DNA of 64,000 nt from an uncultured Clostridia bacterium. Lineage in GTDB: Bacteria; Bacillota; Clostridia; Christensenellales; Borkfalkiaceae. Shown here piece after piece: positions 1-12,000 of this stretch; positions within the stretch are counted from its first letter, which is position 1; the number at the start of each line of letters is the position of its first letter. A model generated the notes under the pieces. It saw only the letters and a program-made list of their open reading frames with translations, was not told the DNA's origin and did not search any database. The stretch is from NCBI GenBank assembly GCA_947627565.1, contig CANQWO010000005.1, positions 4,220-68,219 on the forward strand, read 5' to 3'. The position numbers and the translations under genes are program-made.

Positions 1-3000
1 TCTCCGAGGGCGAGCTCGATGTAATCATATTCGCCGTATTCCGCCTCCATGGGCGCGATGCTCGTATTGAGCATGACCTTCGCGGTCACGGAATTGATGT
101 AGTAGGTGAGAGTGAAGGTCGCCGTATTGTGGTTATCCGCTTCGACCGTGATCTCCATCTCCCAAATGCCGACGCTGTGGATGGTCCAAAGATTGCCGAC
201 GTTCTCAACTTCCTGACGGACCTCCGTAGTGTTCGTAGGCTTGGAGTAGGTGATGGTTGCGCGGACGACGCCGTCAACCTCCACGAGGTAGACGAGTTTG
301 GTCTCGTCCGAACGCTCTGCGCTGAACGTGAGTTTTCCGTGCGATGCGCTTGCATAGTCACCCGCATAGACGAGGTAATCCGCCAAAATCTCCATCGCAT
401 ACCATCCGGTATCGGGCGACTTATCGCCGTCCTCCGGCCACATGCGGTAGACGCAGGACTTCGTCCAATTGCTGTCGGGCCGTTGCATGATGTCCGCGGG
501 CTTGATGGTGTAGGTACCCGCTGTCCCATTGTTGGGATCGCCCTTCTCGCTTTCCCAAGCGCCGTAGAACTTCACGTCGTAGCTCTTCATGAAGATCATC
601 GCGTCGTCGTAGTTGAGGCCCCATCTGCCGACAATTGCATGCTTGCCCGCCTGTGCATACAGCGTCTCCGGGTTTGCGGGTTCGGCCTTGCCGAGATAGA
701 AAGTGAGGTAGCCGAGATGTTCTTGCAGGATGGTGTAGTCCGCTTTGTCAAAGTCATACGTCCACTGTGCCTGCGCCGCATTGGTCGGCTGCTTGCTCTC
801 CCCGGAATAGATGGGCGCGGTGAGATTGATCTGCGCGCCGACATGCAGCCCATCGGTGCCGTAGACGGCCTCGGCGGTGCCGATCCGGATGGCGACGGAG
901 CGCTTGGTGATCACATAATCGCCGCCGTCGTGCTCGCCGGGCTCGTTCTTGCCGTCCTCGGTGACCCAATTGCGGAACGTCACGGCATAGTTGGAGTTGC
1001 CGCAACTGCCCTTGATGACGTCGGGATAGACCCCCGCCGCGGCATTCTGGTTGATGACGCCGTCGACGGTGAGCGTGATCTTGAGCGTTGCGCGCGATTC
1101 GCCGCCCGCATACCCCATGTTCTCTGCACCCGTCGTGCCGTAGACTTCCCAATTGTTCGGAAGCCCCGAGAGATCCTTGAGGATGGGCTCGCCGTAGACG
1201 GAGGTCTGGCTGCCGATGAGCACGATGATGGGACGGGGCAGGATGATGTAGTTGCCCGAGCCCTCGACGAAGGTAACGTCGTAATTGTCGCTCGAATAGA
1301 CCGCGGTGAGGCCGCCGACGTAGGTCATGGCGCTCCACCAGTGGCCGCTGAACGTGCCCTGATTCGTGAAGGCTGTGCCGTCGCGCGTGATCACGATGCC
1401 GAGATCCTTCTCGCTGTCGTCGCCGACAAACTGATCCTTCTGAGCGGTGAAGCCCCACGCCCCCTCGCTTCCCTCGAAACCTTCCTCTTTGAGGTCGTCG
1501 CCGTAGTAGCTCGAGTAATCGTGTAGGGTGACGCGCATCGCGCGCTTTGTGACGGTATGTTTCCCGCTCTGGGCGCCGTCGATGTGAAGGATATAGTTTT
1601 TATCGAAGCAGAACTTTCCGTCGCCGAGCGCCCAATCCGCAAGCCCTTCTGCGGTCGTGCCCGCTTCGGAATCGAGTTTGACGATGTAGCTGCCTGCGCC
1701 GGGGTACGGCGTCGTGCTCCGATCGAGTTTGGCGGTCCCATCGCCATTGAAGAGCGCGAGAAGCCCGAGGACAAACTTTCTGAGCTGTTCGGCCTTATCG
1801 CCGCTGCCAAAGTCATTTGTGAGTACGTTGTCGACATACGAGAAGCTGAACGCCTTCGCGCCCTCTTCTCCGTAGACGGCGGCGTCGTCGCCGTAGACGC
1901 TCGAACTCTCCGCAAGGGCGAGCTCCACCGTTCTGCGCTTGATCTCGAAGGCAACATACACACCATTCTCGCCGGCGTAGCGGATAGTCTGGCTGTTCTC
2001 ATCCTTGGTCTCGATCATGTAGTTTCCGCAGTCGCTGCCCAATAGTCCGTTTGTCCCCTCCCCGCTGAACACGTGCACCCAATAGTTGCCGACGTCGACG
2101 ACATCCGTAATGTCGAACACGGAACCGTTGTTGAAGTTCCCGCCCTCCGAGAAGTGTTGCTGTACGCTCGCGAAAAACACGTTGTCTCCATCGAAAAGGT
2201 TGGAGATATACACATAACTTGCGGCTTCGTTGACGAGAGAGTTCCCATTGTAGCGCAGATCTTGGATGCCATCTTTCGTGGCGACCTCGATGGCGAGCGG
2301 CGTCACGGTGAAGACCGTCCCCTCATACTTGGTGCTGTCGCCCTCGACGCCCTTGAATACGACGAAACTGCCGCCACTGAAGCCGCTCACCTTCATCGCG
2401 TCGATCTCAAGACCGTAACCGCCCGCCTTCAGAAGATGCGCGCCCGAGTAATCGCCCGAATCCGTGAGAATGCGAATACCGAATCCGTATTGTTGAAGCG
2501 CCTCTGCCTGCTTTGCGGCATCACCCGAAATTCCTTCCACGAGGATCTTTCCGTCGCGGATGAATTGGAGCACCGTTGCAAGGACGTTTTCGGGCGAATA
2601 CGCTTCCGTCTCGCCGTAGACGGCGTTGAAGTGCGCATCCTGCACCTTCAACGTGATCTGCGTCGCGTCTACCGTGACCTTCAGCTTGATCGCCAACCGC
2701 TCATGGTTCGGCGCGTCTACGGTAATCGAGATCACGTAGTCCCCCGCACCCGTGAGCGTGTATCCGATTGTAAGGCCGTTTCCGTTCGTGAGCGGCACAT
2801 AATCCCCTAAGCCCGCACAGGACGTGTAGGTAAACGTCGCATTCTCAGCGTTGAAGCCATCCGCCTTGTCGATAAATACGAAGTCCTCCGCCGTAACCGT
2901 GATGTCGTTCGTTTGGTTTGGCACATAGACGTACTTCTTCTTGCTTACGAAGGTCGTGCTGCCTTCCGACGCGGTACCGAGCGATTCGGCTGCGCCGATC

Positions 3001-6000
3001 GGAGCATTGGTGATCGTATACGTCCATTCCGCCTCCGCCGTATTTTGTGCAAACGAGAAGTCTGCGCTCACAAGTTTGACGGCGACGGCATAGGCGCCCG
3101 CGTTCTCGGGAATGCCGTCGAACGGCATCGTGTTGAAGCCGGCGTAGTTGGGCGTGAAGGTGACTTTGAGCGTATAGAGCAGCGTTTCATCGTCCGCCGT
3201 GACGTTATATGTCGCGGCAAGGCCGTTGATCGCAGCGTCGCCCTTCTTGCCCACAGGAAGGACGTTGATCCCCGCCTCGAAGTTGCGGAACACGACGTCG
3301 AGCACATGCTTTTTGGCGTCGTACACATTGCTCGTCGTATCTTTTGCGACGTCGTCAATCGTTACCGAAAGCGATCCCGTGATGAGCGCGGGCGTGATCT
3401 TGTAGGCCTCCTGCCCCCAAGTGCCGCCGACTTTATCGAAGGAATACGTCTTCGAATCCTCATGAGCGACAAATGCAAAGTTGTCGAGGTCGAGGTCGGT
3501 GAGCGTCACTTTGACAAGATACGGGATGGGCGTGCGGTTGCCGTTCGTCTTGACGTGCGTCGGCGCCGTATTAAGGCCATCATAGGTGATGACGGTGTCA
3601 TGCTCCGGCAGGACGGTGGCATTCACCGCATTGACAAAGCCGATCTTCGCGGGAAGCGGATCGCCCGTGTAGCTTGCGTCGGAAATGACGTCGAGATAGA
3701 TCTTCGCCTTCGTGATTTCGAAAGTGAAGGTCGCAGTGTAGTCGTCCACCCAGCCGTTAAGGTCCTCGGCGAATTTGAAGTTGGGCTGATTTCCCTCGAT
3801 GCCCGTCGAGTTTTGCAACTTAACGGTAACCGTGTACACGCCCGCGTTGTGCGGCAGCTTGTCGATCGCCGTTCCCCCAAGGGCATATGTAACGATGTAG
3901 TCGGAGACACTTTCGCTGGGGTTGTACGCGGGGAGAACGCCCGTATTGCTCACATTGACGAAGGTGAAGGAGCGGGACTGATCCTGCGCATTATAAGGAA
4001 GCGAAGTTTTATCGATTACCGCAGTCACATTTGCAGGGTCGATATAATACGACAGGTTGACAGTGCCCTGGAAGTTCTGCATGCCGGTGACGATGTTCGT
4101 GACATAGCCGACGTTGATATCCGACGTATTCGAGATGGAATAGTCGCCCTTCTTCAATTCGGCGTCGTACTGCTTGAGCTCCGTCTTCTCTGCGCCTTCG
4201 ACGAGCGCCATTCTGACGACGATGCCGTTGGTCTGCGGCTTGCCGTTGTAAACCTTGTGCTCGTTGTTCTCGATCCCGTAGACGTCATCATCCGTGATGG
4301 TGCGCTGCTGGATGGTGTAGGTGATCGACATCGTGTAGTTATTGTTGCCGAAACTGAAGTTTCCGCCCGGTATCTCCGTACCGAGAATGTAGAAAGTCAG
4401 CGTTACGGTGTAGGCGCCCGCATTCTTGTAGCCCTCGGATTTATCGATCGTCGTTCCGTTCCAGCCGTTGTAGGCCGCCGTCTGAACCTGATGGACGTTC
4501 GCGTCCTCCTTGTGATGGACGTTCGCGTCCTCCTTGAGCTCAACGGCCGCCGCTGTCGACCTGGTGTATATCTTATACTCGTGCGACTGTCTGTCATACG
4601 TCAGCGAGTTCCCTTCCTTGATTTCGCTACCATCTTTATCGCCGAGGTAAGCGGAGAGCACGACGGGCGTAACGCGGAAGTTTTTCGTAGCGCTACGCGT
4701 GCCGTCCTTCGTTTCAAAGACAAAGTTGTTGCTGAGCCCCATTGTAACGGTGTAGGCGCCCGCAAAATACGGCTTGCCGTTCTTGAGTCTCTCGTTGCCC
4801 GTCTTATTCGTGGCATCGATCGTGTATACGAGCGACGAGAAGTCGCTGGAGCCGAGTTCGGGAAGAACTGCGCCCTGTTTGTCTGCGAACGTGAAGCTGA
4901 AGCCCGCATCCTGCGCGTCATCGTTGAATATAACATCGCTGACCTCGCTGAGCTGAACGACGTTGGGCATGATATCGAAGACAAGCGTGATATAGACGTC
5001 GTTTTTCGGATCCGAACTCGTGCGGTAGCCGTCCTTATTCGGCGCAACCGTCGGATCGAGCTTGACGCTGTCGCCCTCGGTGGAGCCGCCCGCATACACA
5101 TTGACGATCGTGTAGTTTTTGTAGTGCTTCGCGTCGGGATAGTGATTCGTAAGCTCGTTGCTCAGACGGAAGGTCACAGCGTATCTGCCGACATCGACGA
5201 TCGTTGTGACGGGCGAGTCGGTCCATTTTTGTGTGCCGTCCACGAGCGTGAGGCTGTAGTACTCGATGGAGAACTGCGAGCCCTGCGGCACGGCGCCCTT
5301 CTCGGCGACGAGATAGATGGACCCGAAGCGGGCCGTCCAGTCGCCGCGATTATAGTAGAACTCGTTGACGAACTCGCCGTTACCCTTGAGGTCGCTCGCG
5401 GAGAAGAACACGTTGATTTTGGCAGGCGTCACCTCGAAGTCGACATAGACCTTGTAATCCGTTTTGCCGCGATACTGGACATTCCCCTTGTCATCCTTAT
5501 CTTTGAGCGATATGTTGGAACCGGTCGTGGAGCCCGCATAGATGTCTCGGAGGACATAGTTTTTGCCCGCCTCGTCCGTGAATTGGAAGAGCAAGGTGTA
5601 TTTGCCGACATCATAGATTCCGACATTCTCCGTTTCATCCCGATGGCCGTCATAATCATAGAAGAAAGTGACGGTGTACGCTTGGGACGCGGGAATGATG
5701 TTGGCGTCGTTTTTGAGTTCGATGGAGCCGAGCTTGATGGACTGGTCGGTACCGTCATAGACGAATTGGTTCGTGAACGCTTCGCCATTCAGGAAGGCAT
5801 TGAGGTAGAGGTCGATTTGCGCCGGCGTGATCGTGAAGGCGACCGAGAGCGAGCGCATGTCATCTCCGCTGTCAAGTTTCTCATAGCCCGTGGCGGAATC
5901 ATTTTTCAATTTGACGGGAGTGGAACCTTCAACGTCGGGAATGCCCGCATACACCGCAATGATGACGAAGTTCTTGCTGACCTCGCCGGTGAGCGAAATG

Positions 6001-9000
6001 ACGAGCTTATAGCTGCCGACGTTCTTCACAGACGTGACGATGGATTCCTTTTCCTCCACGACCGACTTGAAGGAGCGGCTGTACTCTCCGGACTGCGGAA
6101 TGATGCCGTTGCGCAGCTCGTTCTTGAACTGCACAGAGCCGAGCGTAGTCACCCACTCCGTCTTGTTGTAGTAAAAGCTGTTGATAAAGTTTGTGCCACT
6201 TCTGAAATCTTCGGACAGATAGACTTCGATCCGCGCCGGGGTGATCGTGAACATCACGGAGAAGTCTTCCATGCTGCCGCAGTAGCCCTTGCCGTCTTTG
6301 TCGACAGATTCAAGCGCGACAGTCTTATCACTGCCCGCATAGATCCCCGTGACATTGAAGTTATTTGCCGCGCTGAGTTTGAAGACGAGATAATATGTGC
6401 CGACGTTGGTGACATCGGAAAGCGCGCCGGCCTCATCCGCGCCCTTAAAGGTGACCGTATAGTCCGTTGCGGACGACGGCAAAATGTTGTCGTCATTCGT
6501 GATAATGACGTTGGAAAGAGCGGTTCTGCGGTTGGTTCTGTCGTAGACGAAGCTGTTGATGAAGCAGTCCGCGCCCTTTTCATTCTTGCCCTTGAACGGA
6601 TCGGGAAGGTGGAGTTGAATTTCCGCGGGCGTGACAACCACTTTGAACTTATAAGAGAACAGGAACGGCTCATTTTTATCGAACATGCCATTGATGTCTG
6701 TCGCTTTCGGGTCCTCCTTGTAGAACACGAAGTTGCTAAAGTGCTTCCCTCCGCTCACAAAATGGAACCAAACGAAATATTCACCCGCGTCGACCACGCC
6801 GTTAGCAAGAGGCGTTGCATTCTTCTTCGGCTTGTTGTTCTCCGAATCCCAATCGGTTGCATTGTAGTACTCAACAACATAGTCCGCATTGTTGGGCAAT
6901 GGCGCCGTATCCTCGTTCCCCTCCGTGGTACAGAGGTTTTTGAACGTATGCGTCAAGACCTGCGCCGTCTTGTTATAGCTGAAGGCAAGGGAGCCGTTGT
7001 CAAATGTCTTCGCATTCGGATTGAACGTTTCCGAATGCGAATTGCCGTCGCTTGCCGTAATGCTGACGATGGCGGGCAACACATAGAACGTTTCCACCCG
7101 CGTTCCCGTGAAGTTGTTGATACCCGTGAGCGTGGCAGTAGCAGGGCCCGCGTTGACGTTATCGGTATACGCGACCCGCAAGCCGATATTACTTTCATCC
7201 GTCGTTTTCAGCGTGATATTATTATACTTGCTAATATCATTGCTCTTTGCGATCAGTTTGATTGTGATCTCGGGCTGAATTTCCTTCCCCGTGTAGTGGT
7301 ATGCGGCAACATTGTAGTCCTGATGCTCTTTGTCTTGCGTAAACTCAACGGCGCTGAAATTCTCCGCCAAGCTAATGTCCAATGCGACGATCGTGTATTC
7401 GCGCGAAATGGTATAGTTACCATCCGCAAATTGGAAGTCGCCGGTTTCCGGAAGCGTAAGCGTAACGGTGTAGTTGCCGACGTTGGTGAAGCCTGCGTGA
7501 TCTTTCGCCCAGCCGCTGTAGCTGTAGGAGACCGCAACTTCGGTGCATGTCGGAGCTTCGCCGGTCGCAAGTGTGGGAAGAACGCCCTCATTCTGCGTGT
7601 TGGTGAGGTTGATACCGCCATTCTCTATGGTCGGCTTGTGCTCCTCAGCGTTATAATTAAAGGAGGACTCCGCCAGCGAGAATGTGATCTGCGCCGGGTT
7701 GATGAGGAATGGCGCCGTGATGACGGAGGAATCCTTCTCTTTGCCCTTTTCGCCGTAGCGTTGCATGAGGAGATTCTCCGCAGCCGTTATGTTCTTACGT
7801 GTGAAACTGGGCGCGGGAATCGGCTTTGTCCGGAACTCGAAATTCTTCGCGCCCGCTTCGATCAGTTCGATTTTTATAGAGTAGAGCTCGGAATGGTAAG
7901 GGACGCTATTGATGCAAGAATCTGTCTTGGAAATGATATTTTCATCTTTATAAGTGATTGTGTACTCGTTTGCTTCGACCTCCACACCCACGTTGTTTCC
8001 GTCCTTGAGCGTAGGCACCGCCTCGTTGTTGGACTGCGTGTTCGAAAAGGCGGGCGTCTGCGGCTGCGCCGTGCGGTTGTAGACGCTGTCCGCGAACCGA
8101 TCGAGCGTGATGGTCGCCTTATTGATGACAAAAGCACCGGGCGTGAAACTGTCACTGATTTCAGTCGATTCCGTCTCGCTGCCCTTCGTCGCCATGAAGT
8201 TGTAGGTATACGACTGCGCTGTCCCGCTCGTTGCCGAGCCAACGCAGCTATAACCCTCTTGCTTGCCGGTTGTGCCCGTCAAAACCGTCACGGCGAAGCA
8301 ATAGTTCCCACTTGTAAGCTCCACGGTCAACTTGTATGTATTCGCGTCCACGGGTGCGTTTGTAGCCTCTTCTCCATTTGCAGGCTCATAGCTCACCGTA
8401 TAGTTAGACGCTTCGGGTACAACATACTTCAAAGAGCTCGGAACGGTGTAGCTATTTGTCTCCAACCATTGATAGGTCGCGTTGGTGAAACTAAGCGCCG
8501 CGGCATGTTGGGCTCTATTGTAGATTGTGTCGCCTCCAGAATTGGTGACCGCAAACGTCACAACGGCGGGGATGACCGTATGCGTGCCCGTGGCCTGATG
8601 GACATATCCATCTTCGCCGGCGGCGCCGGGCGTAAACGGGCTCTCCGCACCAACCTTTTCTCCTACGAACTGAAAGTCGTTATTGCCGAGGGTGACCTGC
8701 ACGGAATACAGGCCTGCATCAACGGGCGCATTGTCATCGTAGTTGCCAAACGTACTCGAACTGTCTGTCGCTGTGCACTTTGCATACCGTACATAGAGCG
8801 CGCTCGCGTTAGGCACCGGCTCGTCACGCCATGTATCGACGCTTCCTGCCCGCGTGGGCTTAATGAACGCTGTGATCTCATCGCTGTATGTCTCGATGTT
8901 CTCGTATGTCACCGTGACGGCATGCGGATTCGCATCGTACTGCGCGGGGATGCCATCGTAGTCGATATAGATTCTTGCAGGGGTGATCTTGAAGATGAGT

Positions 9001-12000
9001 TGCAACGAGTTCTTGTAGTTGCCTGTGCCCTGCAGGGTGATGAGCGCGTCCGTGGTCGCGTTCGTGTTATTGGTATATTGGATCGAGTAGTCTTTTCCCG
9101 TCGTCAGTGTTAAACGACCGGTTGCGGAAGGATAGTAGAATGTCGTCTCCGTCGTCGTTGTGACGTTCTCGTCATCGACTTCAATCGTCGTCGTAATATT
9201 ACAAATAACACCATTTCGACCGCAGGCAAAGGATTTGACTTCCCTCGTTTCGGGTGTCGGCGCCGATCCGTGTTCCCTCGTCCAATCTGCAACCGTAGTG
9301 GTTACGACGGTTTTTGCCTTGGAGACGGGTTGATAGTTGATGGTCACATCAGGCTCGTATTTCCACGCAGTACCCGCGAACGGATAGGAATTCTCCGTCT
9401 TTCCGTCGCTTGTGATTGTGGTTCCGCTGCCCGACGTGTCGGCATAGTGGTGATAATCCTTCTCGCCGACCTTCGTAATATCGCCGTAGAGCTCGCTGAG
9501 ATCTTTCTGATCGACCGTCACATTAAACCAGCTCTCGGAGGTGATCTTGAAGTTCAAATCGGTGTTGAACTTCTGCACCTGCTTGCCGTCCGCCTGCTCA
9601 TAGGAAATGAGCCACGTCACGCCCTCGGACGGCGCAGTGGTGGTGCCGCCATCGTCGTCGTCTTTCGTATTGCCCTTTTTGTCATATTCAACGGTGCTGA
9701 GGTGATACGTGCCGACATCCGCCTTCCCTGTGTTGAAGGAATAGAGGCCGATTCCGAGCGAGATGTCGTGCTGCTTGAACTCCTCGCTCGAGTAGGTGAC
9801 CGAGACATTCCCGAGCGTATAGCGGCCCTTGTAGAAGGCGGCGTCGTAGTAGATATTGTTGCCGCCCCAAAGATCGCGGAGAGTGCGTGCCTTCGTCTCT
9901 GTTGCACCTGCGTAAGGCGCATACTCCTCCGTCGTATAACTCACAGCATGCTGATTGGTAATAAGTTCATTCGGTGTGGTGATGTTATCCTGTACGAGGA
10001 AGAAAATGGATTCGTACCATGCGTCGTCATCACCCTGACCAACACGCGGCGGGAGATATCTCGCCCGTTCGAAGCTACTGCCGTCGTAGGTATAGGAAAG
10101 GCTGCCCGATACGGTGATCTCGACGGGTTTGATCGTGTAGGTGCCGATGTAGACGCCCTTGAAGTTGGTGACGGGAACATACTTGGTTGCGCTTGCTTCC
10201 GCGCCCTCATTCCCCTCTATGGGCATGACGCCGCGGAAATAGACGAGGATCCAATATTCTCCCGCGTCTATGGGTTGGAACTTGCTCTTGAGGATAGGAT
10301 TGCCGTTTTCGTCCGTTCCCTCATATTTCGTCTCGGTTTCCCAAATTGCCCACTTGGAATTGTCCGGTTGTTCGATCCCGTCGGCCGTGACCTTGATGTC
10401 ATCGGGCGCGGAGCCGTCCGCATTCGCGGGATGATCCTTCTTGGAGAGATAGCGGACCTGCACGACTTTTTCATCGGGCATTTCGGGATAGTTGTAGAGA
10501 CCGCGGTTCGCGCCGCCGGCGGAATACCGCCCTGTGATGTTCGGCTCGGCGTTCGTGGCGTCGTAGGTGCGGTCGTCGAGGTTGATACTGCCCTGGCCCT
10601 CTTCGGGAACTTGCTCATTCGTCCAATGCTCGATCTCAACGGGCGAGATAAAGAAGTAGTAAGCAAATTCGTAAGCGACATCGCGGCCCTGTTCGTCTTT
10701 GGTTACCTTCTCGGCCATGCGCTGGAGGTCTTTCGAGGTAAAGATATAGTCGTTATAGGGCTTACCGCGCTCGGTGAACGGATTGTCCTTATCCGGCGCG
10801 TTTTCGTTCCACATCTTGGTGTTCAGCGAGACGTGCACAACATACTTGCCCGCGTCTTTCACGCCCCAACGTTCGGTGCCGTCGGAGTTATCCTTAATAC
10901 CGACCGCTTCATTCACGTCCAAGTTGTCGCTGTGCGCAACATAGTAATCAAACGTATAGTAATTGACGACGACGTTCTTATCGAGTTCGGGGTCGTTGCC
11001 CGCTTCATCGTTGTTGTTGAAGTAGAGGATCTGCTTGGTCGTGTAGACGCCGTCTTTGAAGGTGTAGCCGTAGACCTTCTTCTCATCGATCTCGCGCACT
11101 GTGGCATTGTCTTCGAGCCATACGGAGACGGAGACGCGCTGAATGGGCAAGTGCATCTCGCTCTGGAAGGCGATGTTGTTCTTCATGTAGTCGACGGAAG
11201 GCGCGGGGCCCTTTCCGACGACCTCGTGCGCGCCGCGCACTTCATAGAAGCCCGCGTGCAGGAAGTAGTTGGTCTTTTCGAGCTCTTTTTGCGTGCTGTC
11301 GCCGAGTTCGCGCCAGTAGTATTCGAGATCGAAATCGACTTTCCCGAAGTCGATCTCCACGTCCGCGCCGAAGAAGTCCTTATTGGCGTAAGTGAACTTC
11401 ATAACCGCGCCGGTGAACTTTTCAGCGCTTACATTGCCCGCGCTATCCTTGACCTTGCCTTTATCAGGGCCCTCTGTTGTTATAAATCTGCTATCCAGCA
11501 CGAAGTCATACGCCGTGCCGCGATAGTAGAGCGCGCCCGCAAGATATTCTTTAATTTTATCTTCGCCCGGAGTGGCGTTGTCTTTGAAGATATTCTCCTT
11601 GTCCTTCCAAGTCGTTTCGCCGTTCTTGACTTCGTATGCGGAAACGCCTACGCCGAGCTGGTTGATGTGGATGGTAAAGGTTGCGTTGGAATAAACGGTT
11701 GCGTTCTTGTCAATTACGCGGAAGGAATAGTCGCCCGCATAGACGAGCCTGCCGTCCGTCGCCTCATTCTCCTCGCCCTGCGCGGCGAGCAGATAGTGGA
11801 GGGTATAATCGACCCCTGCCGTATGAGAACTGCCATCATCTTCGGTCGCTTTCAGTTTGTCGATCGTCCAAGTAGCCTTTGTTTCACCCCCCGCTTTGGC
11901 GACGACCTTCGTGACTTCGAACATCTTGTGGTCGAACAGCATGGTCTTGCCCGTCCACTTGAAGGAATTGATCTCCGCGTCGGGGTTTGAGCCCTTGGGG

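Noticed and set aside
2913-9113. 2,066-aa plus-strand ORF, together with 129-1526 and 9270-11990 on the plus strand.
   Set aside because: These are antisense shadows of the giant minus-strand gene. Their composition is dominated by R/V/D/I/L/G/A, and they have no RBS, no signal peptide and no domain-like motifs. The opposite strand gives coherent repeat-protein sequence in a single uninterrupted frame.
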